DNA of 64,000 bases, taken from the NCBI RefSeq assembly GCF_002571385.2, contig NW_019217786.1, forward strand, positions 1,051,676-1,115,675. The letters run 5' to 3'. Source of the stretch: Stylophora pistillata. Lineage: Eukaryota. The translations under genes and the position numbers were made by a program. Below, piece after piece: positions 1-12,300 of the stretch. The notes under the pieces are model-generated. The model saw nothing but the letters and a program-made list of their open reading frames with translations. It had not been told where the DNA came from and made no database searches. Each line of letters opens with the position of its first letter. The first letter of the stretch is position 1.

Positions 1-68
<68 letters not shown>
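1..68. repeat. (ATT)n microsatellite
   Basis: Perfect ATT run from the first base of the window. Confidence 0.98.
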
Positions 69-69
<1 letters not shown>

Positions 70-437
70 TTGAAACGTACCGGGGTGAACTTGCGCTACT
101 TAACAACTTTGAATTATCGACGAGTCATCATTGAAAGAGAATCTTTCTGCAATATCTCGCAGATAGTTTTCACTGTTTTCACTCTTTAATGCCGAATGAA
201 AATTGTTGCTTTAGGGTTTGGATAGCTGTCGCACGAATGTTTAGGTAAATTTTTCATTTGACGGCAAGTCACGCGATGGACGAAGCGAGTGACGTGACGA
301 ACTTCGCTCAAACGAGATCGTTAAATCTGCAAAGTTTAGAAAAATTTCGCAGATTTACTAAATTTGACATGATTAGGGAGACAAAATGAGCAATTTTATC
401 CGGTGATGTTAAACACTGCTGATCATTTCGTTTCCAG

Positions 438-3400
438 TCTTTCCGTGAAGCGTTACCTTTGGCTCAACGCCTGGAAAGTGAGATGAGCAGTTTGGAAAAG
501 TGGCTGGAGGACAGGACTACTGAAGTAAAGAAGAGAGAAGAGGACGGATTCCCAGAAGACGTGGATGGCGAGATTAAATGGAACAAGGTTAGCTTTTGAG
601 ACATCATGACCACGATGTCCAACAGAACTTGTTTGTCGCAAAAGACCAACTTCAGGCATCTTCTCCATCTTCAGCCATCTTGTCCTTCTTGGTTCAATGC
701 TGTTTTTGTGTTTTTCTATCTTAAAGAAATAAGATTTTGTAGTAATTCGCAATCTGTTATGGTTTATTATTATCTCTTTTGTGTTTTTCTATCTTACTAA
801 ACTAATATTTTGAGCTTGTGTACAATCCGTGTCAATCTTGTCCATTCTTAGCATTACACTGCTCCTTCCTGGTTCAGTATTGCTTTTTGGTTTTTTTTTT
901 CTACGTTACTAAATTATATGTTTTCGTCAATTCCAATACGGTTTAGTTGAACTCATCCTAAGCCATTCTTGCTTCTTATTTGCCTACTATTGCCTTCTTT
1001 GTGTTTCTATAGCTTGCGATCAGACGTTCCTCTTTTTCGAGGGAGCAAAATCTTGTGAAGCGCAAAAGCCAGGGGTTGGGATAGTGAGGGTGCTCTTTTT
1101 TCCCTTGCCACGTCCCCCCCCCTCCCATCCCATCCCCTGCCCCCACAAACTTTTGCGCCACTACAGTATCGTGCTTCCCCTGTAAAAGGAACGCCTGGTA
1201 GCAGGTTAGTATATCTTCAACTTGTCAACCCGATATTGTGCGATCTCAATCAATCTGGAGTTAGTTTTCTTCACCGCAGCAGGAGTGATTGCTGGGCTCT
1301 TTATGTGCATTCAAGGGACTCCTGTGGAGTTCTAGCAATATAGTTTGAAACTCAAAAGAATATCATTCTTACGTTTGTGATTATTAGCCAATATAGATAT
1401 TTCCGGCCTCGGTGTCTTCTTAACGATCGCTATATTCAAGAGTGTAATATTAACTCAATTATTAGCATCTGCGCCGCTCAAATCTAATATGGCCGGCAAT
1501 GTTGTCGTAGTTTTAATCCAGGCTTGTTCATGTATTTGTCTGCCACGAAGCGACCAGATTAGCAAAAACTCTTAGAACAATGTTAACCAGGAAAAGAAAG
1601 TTTTCTAAAGACGTAAAAATGCGCGAAGGTTTCGTTTTGACGTTTGAATCTACCAGTCGTCAAGCGAAGTATTACAAGGTGGTGTTCTGATCAGTTGATA
1701 CTTATGAGTTATCATTCTAATTGTGTTCTTTTTCTTGTGACTGCGGCCTGTGTCAGTTGTTCTAAGCTAAGGTATAAATCCGTAATTCTTATGTCAATAC
1801 CTTGGCTTCTTCCAATTTTTTCTGACGGCAAAGTACTTTGTTCGAATCGTTCATCCGCATTTTTGAACAATTTTGTAATGTGGTTGTATTTTCTCCGCTT
1901 AGGGTCTCGTGCAAGACGTTACTGGCAAAATGTCAGACGTGCAAAACCTCACACAAGTTGGTCGTGAATTGGTCGACTTGTCTGAAACTGGCCAACTTGA
2001 GAACTTAGAAGCCCGACTAACACGCATCAACAACGCGTGGGAGGAGTTGAGTTCATCGGCAGAACAGCGAATGTTGACTTTGCCTAAGTACAAGGCAAAA
2101 CTTGCAGATTTTGAGAAATCCGTGGATCAAATGAACCAATGGTTGGAAGATATGGAAAAGGAAACTAACAAAGTGGAGCCGAAATTAGACGAAACGGACG
2201 TCGCTAAGAACAAAATTGACGTAAGTGCTTTGAAATTTTATGTTTACACTTAAAAGTCGAAGAGTGATAGCATCTGATTAAGAATGCATTATTTTATAGT
2301 CTCTAGTACACCGCACGCGGGGCTTGGATAGCAAAAACTCCTATACTAGTAAGGGCAAAAATTCTTGCTTTCAGTCAAGATTTCAAAAAAGGAATTTTAA
2401 ATGAAATGGAATGGTACACTTTCTTTAGGCAAAGCTAATTTTTCTTCTTTCTCGAGAATCAAAGCAATTGTCCAGCCCTCGTATTTACCTGGTGTGTGAT
2501 GATCATTGCGATATTGAACTCAACCCCTGTCTTCTTTTGTCTAATTTTAGAACAAATAAATTTCTAATATTCTATATTAAATCAGTGGCTCGTTTTCGCT
2601 TAAAGGAGAGTAGAAGTAACCTTAGCAGAAGTAATCTTACATCCTGTTACAAGTGCACTGCAAATAGATGATAGATGGTCCCTAGCAAGACATAAGCTGC
2701 TTTGTTCGTCTGTTCATGAGTATTGAAATCACATTGCAACTTAGCAAATGGCCAGTCAATAGGTTAAACTTTAAAACTAATCTACTCGGAAAAACACAAT
2801 TGAAAATATCTGCGGAAGCCCACGGTTGTTCTAAATATTCGAATTATGTCTCTACTACTATTCATTTTACCACAAACACTTGTAAGATAAAAATATTCCC
2901 ACATTTATAGCATCGGAAATGTAGCGTCTTTTGTTAGGTGTCAATATAGAATCATAGCATTCCAAACTCAGACGTGTGTATGATGTGATTTTCATTGTAT
3001 CTCTACCTTCGTCTTATCACGCAATGATGAAGGACCCTCCTGAATTAATTGAATAAGGGTTGGCTCAATATAATTGAAATGTGGTCTACTGTGATGTGTT
3101 TTGTCATTGGATGGGCCTACGATATCGTAACGCCTGTATACATCTCACCGCAAAAGCACATCGGATATTGAATCAATAATAATCCTAGTATAGGTTTAGG
3201 AGGTTTTCTCCTAGTATACCGTCAAACATGTTGGAAGATAAGCAAATCTTTCTAATTTTTTACTCCTACAAGATTAAGAGAAGTAGGTAAAGTCCCTTTC
3301 TTTTTTTGTGCTGAAATCGGTACCAGAATAAACATCTTACCAGAATAAACATCATCTCAAAACCTTTCATGTTTTGTCAAAAAACTCCTATCTGAGTTTT

Positions 3401-6400
3401 CACCCTTTCTCTCTCAATAATGGTAAACATTTGAAGAATCCCGTTAATTTTGATACATCGTCACCTACCTGGAGATTGTTAACCGGGGAAGTTGTGATCT
3501 GAGGAGTATTTTTCTTATGCAACATCAAATTTGCACGGCAAACCAGTGTTTCATATCGAACGCGTTAATTGGAGCTCTTTGATTTAACCCTTCAACCTCG
3601 GAGAGTCACTGGCCTCCTATTTCTCTTTATAGTATCATCTCAGGGAATCAAGTGCAAAGCTCATGAGAATAAAGGAAATGATCACCAATTTAAGAAGCTC
3701 CTAATTCTCAAACAAATTTTACTAATCAGTATCAGAGGAAATGTTAAAAGAACAGTGTGGAGAACATGAATACTTGTGTTAGGGTTCAAAGAGTAAAGTT
3801 AATCCTCGGAAAAGTTCCTCGAATTATGTTTGCTCTTTCTCTTCCTCCCAATCGCACCTCTTATAAGCGATACTTTGGAAAGTTTTGTTAAGTGGTCGCT
3901 CTGTTTTTTCATCCTGTGACAGGAAATACAAGAAAGCATCAAGAACCGCGAGCCTCAGCTGAACCTAATCAGGAAACAGAGCGGTGAATTCGTTCATCGC
4001 GGCCGTCCCATCATGGAGCCTTACAAGCGTCTACTGGACAGAAGGTGGGATGACCTGTCGGCCAGGATAAGCCAGCTGGAGCACGACTTGGATGAGGCCA
4101 AAAGGACGGCTGCAGAAGCCAGAGCTAAAGGAGGTCGAGTTGAAACAGAGATTATCGTCACGGTGAGGAAATTGTCCCTTTTTGTGTTACTATTCTTCAA
4201 GGAGCTACGTGAAATGCGAACCTTAGAGCTAAAGCTTCAGTTCTAAGCCTCCTGTAATCGCTGTTAGTAAAATCTTTTGCATCAATAACCATCATCTTTG
4301 GTTTTTTGAGTTAGTTCTCCCACTTTTGTCCTTTTTGCTCTATCAAACTGGTACCTTACGGTCCTCTCAGTTGAAGTTACCGAAATGAATTTTTAACCCT
4401 GGTTGCCCATCTGAATTTTGTTTTTCACAGAAAATAATTCAAAGTATCTCGACAAGACTCCTCAAAAACTACTGGTTAAAAAATGAGTTTGTGAATTGCT
4501 TTTACAAAGTTCACAATTTAAACGAAATGTATGAAAGAAAAAGTATCGATGTAACCCTTCGATCATGTCTTGTTTTGTTCAGGAACGTAAGACAGTGTGT
4601 TCTCCTTCCGGAGGATTTATTAATGAATATCTATCAAGAGAAGAAAGAAGTGAAACTGACACGGGACTGCCCATCACCACCATCACCACTCACAGGAGCT
4701 ACAAAACAAACTCGGCTCCAGGTGAGACTTTGTAGCTTTTGAAAAGATTAAACGAGATCTCGGAGAAAACTCGTTGCGTTTTACGTGTTTTAACGTAAGA
4801 TCAAATCGTGGAAGAAGTTATTCATTCCTACACGCGTGGGATAAAGAGGAAGGCTGAGTTACCACGAGGAGTCCAACCTCAGACCGTCATTGAGCCGCAG
4901 AGAACTCTCAATGAAGTCGACCATTACACTGGACTCACATGCGACAAGCGCCGTGCTTGCTAATGTGATCAACAAGATCGAAAGCGTGATGTGTCTATAA
5001 AAGGAAAAACAGATAAAGTAGTACAGCATTGAGTCACGAACTGTGAAGGTTTGGGGTTCAAATGCTGTTGGGTGACCAAGGTTTTCTTTGATGTTTCATC
5101 AAGCATCGTCAGATCCTTGGTGAAGGATAGGTGGTAATCTAGAGTGGGTGTAATTTACAACCAGTAAAGCAGTATCCAGTTAGTAATAGCAAGCTTTTTA
5201 CTACCAGCTACATTTTGTCTTCTTTCAGGGCATTTTGTGGATGATGACTTCCAGAGGCGTTTAGATCAGATTCTTTTGGATATCAAAGGTTTGGAAGGTC
5301 TTATTCTTGACATTCAATCCCCCAAGAAATCATCCGAGAAAGAAGTCAACGAGAAAATCAAGGTAAGACTAGAAATCATTCCTCTACAAGAATATTTGCC
5401 TACAAAAGCCCACGTTTGATCTTAAATCGTACATGAATCGAGAGTTTTGAGGCAATTTTTTATTCAGGCTCTTATTGAAGTTTTGGTTAAAGAAGTTGAA
5501 ACCTTAAAAAGCCCTCGGCGAACCTCTGTTAAACCTTTGAAAACTCCCGGAGACCTATATGTGTGTCGGTGCTTGATAAACGCCTTGCGAATCTATTTTT
5601 CAGGTTGCCGAAATTCAAGTTGACAATCTTCAGCCGCGCGTGGAGCACCTGTTGAAGGAGAGCAAAACCTATGCTAACAGAGAGGGGGCACGGGGAGATC
5701 ACATCCACCAGTCGTTGCTTGATTTGTCCAGTCGATGGGTGAAGGCGTGCGATGAAGTAGAGAAGCAGAAGAAAGCTGTGCGTATTGTGCCAAACTGGTA
5801 TCAGTTCAGAAGCAACTTGGATGACATTGATGCGTGGCTCAGAAGGATGGAGCAAGAGAAAGAATTAACTGTGAAGGTAAGGACTGGGTCGATTGGTCTT
5901 CCGAAGCCGTGCTCCGGTGTTTTGAAAGGCCACGAAGAATAACCGGGGGTTACTGGGAGAGAACAGTCTTGTGAAGGCGCCAATCTTTGTTTGTTTTTTT
6001 CGTTTAATCGTTTTGCGACAGAGGAGATTGGATAGACAGAGACCATAAAATTCTAGTTTGGTACTGAAGGTTTATTGACATTTGCTGATGGAAATAAAGC
6101 AATGAAAAGAAAAGAATGGAATGCATTGAAAATTGTTGACTGAATAGCCCATTTCCGAATTACCCTTGGCCTCATTTTCAAAACGAGTCCTGGTGCTCAC
6201 CTTTCATATGATAATAAGTTTTCATTCACATGCAAATTAAACTCATTTTCATAAGAATGGTTGAGCACCAGGCCTCGTTTTGAAAATGAGGCCAAGGGTA
6301 ACTCGGAACTGGGCTATTAAGGCGAGGTTTTTCAAGATAAACAAATTATGACTTGCTCCAGTAATAAATGGATTGTTTTCGTTCCTATTTCTTTAAAAGC

Positions 6401-8841
6401 CGGAAGAAATCGAGGAGCAACAAGCCAAATACGAGATGGTGTTTAAGAATATTGAGGAACTGGACAGACAGGGAGTCCAGATACTGACTCCCCGCGAGAT
6501 TGAGCGATTGAGGAAGAGATTTAGGGACATTCATACCAAGTTTACGCAGTACCACAGGCCAGCTGGGGACGGTGAGTCCAACATCTTACTAACCCTTTAT
6601 CTGCCGAGATCTGCTTAGCAATTCTCCCTGCTAACTGCCTTCAGGGTCATTTTTTCTGAACCCTTTAATCGCAAACGAGTTTTGCGAATTTTCCGGCATT
6701 AATTCGTGCCTACATTTTGCCTTTTTTTAATTTATTTTTTATTTTTATTTTCAGCCACTTCTTACCGCATCACAATTCACACTGGTGACGTAAGGGATGC
6801 TGGTACGCAGTCTAACGTGTCTGTGATGTTGTTCGGTGATAAAGGAAAGTCGCCGAAACTTCGCTTGGACAAATCTGAGACATACAATACTAAGTTCTGT
6901 CGCGATCAGCTTGATATATTCACCGTTTATAACATTCCACACCTCGGCGATTTGCACAAGGTCCAAGTTTGGCACGATAGAACTGGACCCAAGCCAGAAT
7001 GGTTTGTGAAGGGATTTTACGTCGAGGACAGATCAACCAGAAAGGTTTACTTTTTCAATTGCAACTCATGGATTGGTCGAGATGCTGACATGCAAGACAT
7101 CAAGTGTGAAGGTTACACTCTACCAGAAGGTAAAATTAAAGCTATACAATAATGCTCTCATTGAATCGTCGTTGCTTTGGAAACAAAGCTTAGTGTCTTA
7201 AAAATCAATGGCAACAGTTTCTTATTCGAGTGGCCTATGGTTTTGTTCCGTAGCTTAAATATCAAATTGCCTCATCAACTCTTCAAAACTTTTTGATAGT
7301 AAACGAGTTCTTCTACCAAATCTTCGTCAGTGAAGAAAATCTTACTAAGGGCATCCTATAAACAAATAACGTGTCGTTGAACCAATGTTCATAACATTTT
7401 ACAACTTGAACAGTGCAATGGTTGAATTCAAACATTTTACAACTTGAACAGTGCAATGGTTGAATTCAAACACAAAACTGCAACTCGAGGATTATAATTC
7501 GTTATAGATCTACGAACATTTACCATGCCAAGGATTTAAGAGTTGAAATAAAAAGCTAGAAACTTACGTGAGAGTTTCAACGCCAGAAAAGGTTTGCGTT
7601 GGTTTATTAATTGTGCATTCATTAAATTTGCTTTATCAATTGACCGTCAAGATGGTGTGAAGAGAAGTTCAACCAGATGTTTTCATTTGGATTAATTTTG
7701 AACAATGTTTGCTTTGTTATGTTAAACTCGTTGTATTTTCTACTACATTGCCGCGTTGTCGGCGAGCGTACTTTCATTTTCTCGCATTGGTACTGTTCAA
7801 TATTTTTCGAAATTATAACCTTAGAAAGTGTCGAGAGAGCAGTTTTGCTTTCAACTTTCAACTGTTTGGAAAAGGGAAGTATATGTACTTGCCAACCACA
7901 ACTGTTTATGAAAATCGTTTGATTGTGAAAGTTGCTGGCTTTACGGAGTCTGCCATTGGTCGCAGCTGGGCGACCAGATCTTCGAAATTCGTAATGAATA
8001 ATTTTCATTTGGATTGTTGAACTTTAAAACACACTGCTCTGCAGGGCGGTTTTGTTCGATTAATTACGAAAGTCTCGTAATGACTGCTTTGGTTTTTCCA
8101 ACCTGTTTTGATTGATGGTAAGTGGCCGGGTTAAATAGTTAGTCGCGCCGAAGGAATGATATGATTTTAAGAAGATTAATGTTCTATTTTTCTGTGTCCG
8201 TAGCCGAAAGTATTTTCATAGATTAGGCAGCACAAAAAAAAAGAGTGAAATTTATTTCATCAAACGAAACTCAAAAGTGGCAAATTTTGGGAGTCGAACT
8301 ATTAATTGATTTGTTCAGATCATTACACCATGACAAAAATACTGGTACAACAGTTTTTTTTTTCGTCCTTCTATGTATTTTGATAGCTGTTGACACATTC
8401 TTGTTCAACAGAAGGCGAAGATATTATGACTAAGGCGTCACTAGCGCGAGTCCGCTGGCAAGTAACCCTTGTGCAGCATGAGCCTGCTTTGACTCCCGGG
8501 TGGAAGTTGGTGGAAGACATCAGGAAACTGTCAGATGAAGTCCATGAAGTGGAGCTGCTGCTGGAATCTCCTGAGCTACAGAAAGCAGACTTTGAAGACT
8601 TCTCCAAACAGGAGGACAAATTGAAGGTAAGGTGACCAAGAGAGGAGTTGCGTGATGAAGGTTAGGTGACCCAGCTAGGTGTTGCGTTACATGTCACACA
8701 ACACATTTGGTATCATTGTCAGTATCTGAACAACTACGCATCTACCCCTCCCCTGACCCAGAGTTAACCCTAACTTGTTATCAGTTGACAGATGTCGGGT
8801 CAGGGGAGGGGAGGGGGATAGACAGTTGCTCAGCGCGCGTC

Positions 8842-8873
<32 letters not shown>

Positions 8874-8893
8874 TCCGCGCCTCGTTGGCTATA

Positions 8894-8958
<65 letters not shown>

Positions 8959-9051
8959 ACAAATCTTACCAAATCTTAAATTCTTTAGCTCCCTTTTAAT
9001 TTTAAGCTGACGCGTACGCTTACCATATTTGTAGATTATGGTATATTGGCC

Positions 9052-9114
<63 letters not shown>

Positions 9115-9266
9115 GAATAATGCCTTTTATCCCATATTTCTCTGATGAGAGGACTGAGTTAAAGATTGAAATGTGAAGTTCATGAAAATTGTGCAGTCAA
9201 AACTTTTGTTCTATACAGGAGTTGTAACTTAAGAAAAAGGAAAGTTCTTCTGCATTCGCTTTCTGC

Positions 9267-9306
<40 letters not shown>

Positions 9307-12300
9307 GTTGTTTTCTTTTCACAGCTAATAAGCGAGAAACTGGAGAATTTTGAGCCACGTGCAACTGAAGTTCTCTCTCGAAGTGAAACCGTTCAGTCCG
9401 CCTGCAGTGAAAAGGAATACGATGCTGTGAAGAGAGCCGCCAGCAAGTTCAGACTACAATGGAATAACCTTCATCAGGTACGGGATACGCGTTGCCAACT
9501 CAAATTCAATATTCTACTGTTTATGAAATGGTACTGCGAGGGTAGATAACATGAAAATATGGAGCCAATTGGACTGCAGCCTGTGCACTAGTCGTCTTGG
9601 TTTTTTTAGCCAAGCGAGAGAAGATGCTTGAACAAACAGGAGTCGGGTAAAGATGTGGGGGTTATGGGGTCTAGAAAGAAAGTGCAGGAGGAAAGGAAGA
9701 GAAAGATAATCGGCTGATACGCAGGCTAAATTGGCTTGTCAAATTACTAATCAATTAAGGTATTGCTTTCATAACCAAATTAATTTACTGATTTTCTTTT
9801 CGCTCAGGATTATAAGGCGCGGTCGCTTCGCTGGGAGAAAGCAGTTGCAGTGTGGAGACAGTTCCACTGCGATCTTAAAGACGTGACATCTTGGATGACA
9901 CACGCGGAGAAGGTTCTTAGTGAGACATCCGGGGAAGTTGAATTTAACGCCGCTAAAAAAGAACAGAAGGTGATGTGCCGCTTTAAAAGGAAAAAAAAAA
10001 TCGAATGTTTGTATGATATTGAGCATAACAAGGCGAAGTCATTTTGTTGTCATTTTTACGTTTTCCATCCACATTTATTCAATCTTTTTCGGTTCGGCGG
10101 TACCTACGTAATTGCTTTGGTTTGTAGTTGAGACTGTGTTTCAAGCGCTACAGAAGTGTGTTTGACATGCGGTTGAATGTGTTGGAGGTGCATTCGAGAA
10201 CCATTTCACCGCGTCCAAAGGCATGTCAGCATTTCACTGCTCAAAGTTATATGAACTTTGCTCGGCTCAGTTGTTTGCGTTGAAAAAATTCATGTAATTG
10301 CAGTCGTAACTGTTGCAATATCTTTTTGTCTTTAGGGTTTGGAAGATGGTATCGCCCGACATCAGAGCACAGTCAATGCCATGAATACCGCTGGTCAGGA
10401 GATTATCAGTAAATCGACAACTGTGGAGGCTGATATGCTCCGGGACAAACTCACCACACAAAACAGGCGCTGGGAATCCATCTGCAATCAAGTAGCTAAC
10501 AGAAGAGACAGGTTATTAAGCGTTTAAAAAAATTCTTCCGTGTGTTACTCACGAGGATTTGAAGTTTAATCTGAAACGAATATCTAATAATAGATATGAC
10601 CTGAACCGCATGCGATTGAGTGTCCAGCAGCAGTATTCGATGGCGAGCTTCCACGATAAAAAGTCCTGTTATGTACATGAATTTGTTTCATATCCCTTTG
10701 GAAATTGGATCTCCATCTCCATCATCATGCTATCAACTTCTTCGTGTTTTTAGATTTATCCTTGTTAGGGCTGTCGGGCTTTTTAATTAATTGAATTTTT
10801 TTCTTCACTTACCATAGATTTAAAGAGGAAGCCATGCAGATTGAAGAGTTTTTGGAGGAAAGTAGAGAAATGCTGCAGTGGATGGACGAAGCAGATGCTG
10901 AATTGCAAACTAGGGATCCGTCACCAGCTGATGAGGATGGACTGGTGGAATTGATTGAAAAAATCAAAGTGAGTTAGTTTTCATTCTGTGGAAGAAAGCC
11001 GTGCTTTTGGCTGATCACAGTACTTTAGAATGAGACGAGACTGTGGTGATATGAACCCCTTTCCTTTTCCTTTTCAATTTAATTCGTTTAGCAAGGTGTT
11101 TTTATTTTCAGCCGTTTTTGTTCTCGTAACACAACACAGGAGGGAGAGTGTGTGCGTGAAAAAGAATCCATTCTTTGAGAGACTGAAGACTAAATCCTCC
11201 TCAACTGGTGTATTTTTAAACAGTGATGTGTTGGTTTTTTACAGGGAGTTCATAAAGAACAAAACGACAGAGAAGATACAAAGAACAGCATTCAACAGAC
11301 GGCAAATAGACTTCTGGTTAAGCCAGCTATCTCTAAACCCAACTCGGAGACCATCAGAGCGAGGCTGGACATCCTTCTTACTCGTTGGGACATTCTACGC
11401 GCAGATATCGCCACGCGCACGCGCGGAGTGGAGTCCAAGCTGAGACGCGTGTCAGAGTTCCTTGGTGATCTAGAAGAGCTTAGTTCATGGGCCTCTACGA
11501 CAATAAAACTGTGGGAGAAGGGAGAAAGTGTGGAAGTCGTTGATATCAATCCTAAGGTTTGTTGCGACTTCATCTGAAGAGAGGAAAAGGACGGTTTTAG
11601 ACTCTGACACCAAAATATCTCGATTTAGGAAGAGTTCTTTTGCTGTTTTGGGTCGATGTGTCTGATTATCAAGTAATTTGATAATTGATAAAACAATAAT
11701 CATTATTTTACGGTCAAGGCATGTCCCACCCTATAAAACACAACAAATCATTGTCACTAATACAATTAATTCTCACCGGAGAGACTTTAAGTTTTTGAAA
11801 AATTATGTTGGAGTGAAGAAGAAAACTTTGATGTCAGCGCAAGACTCAAGTAGAGAGGTACTCTAGTTTTTCGCTAATGCAAAAAATTAAGTGGTTCAGG
11901 ATTCAACATAGAAACGCGAGGACGTTTATTTTCCGTACCGGGACGCTGTTCTTTATTTTTTAGCTTTATGTGTTTATTTTTTTTCGCAGACTATTCAAGA
12001 GTCAATGAAGTCTCGTCAACCGAAGCTTGACGCAGTAAACGAAAACATGGCGCGCTACAGACGTGAAAGTAAACTTGATGGAAACCAGGTCCCAAAGTCT
12101 CTGGAGGTTAAAGTCAAAGAACTTAATTATAACTGGAGTCGAATTGCTTCACTCACCGCTAACATGTTCGCTCGCCTTCGCTCGCCCCCTAGAGTTCTCG
12201 AGGAAACAGTTGTCAAGGCGGATCAACCGTCAGTTCACACTGGCATCCCGCTGATTACAGAGGGTAAGCTGAAATTGTTTTTAGGAATTCCTTCCTTCTG

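Noticed and set aside
7622-8020. Three overlapping ORFs of 81-128 aa in a dystrophin intron
   Set aside because: No recognisable motifs and no frame-compatible splice sites.
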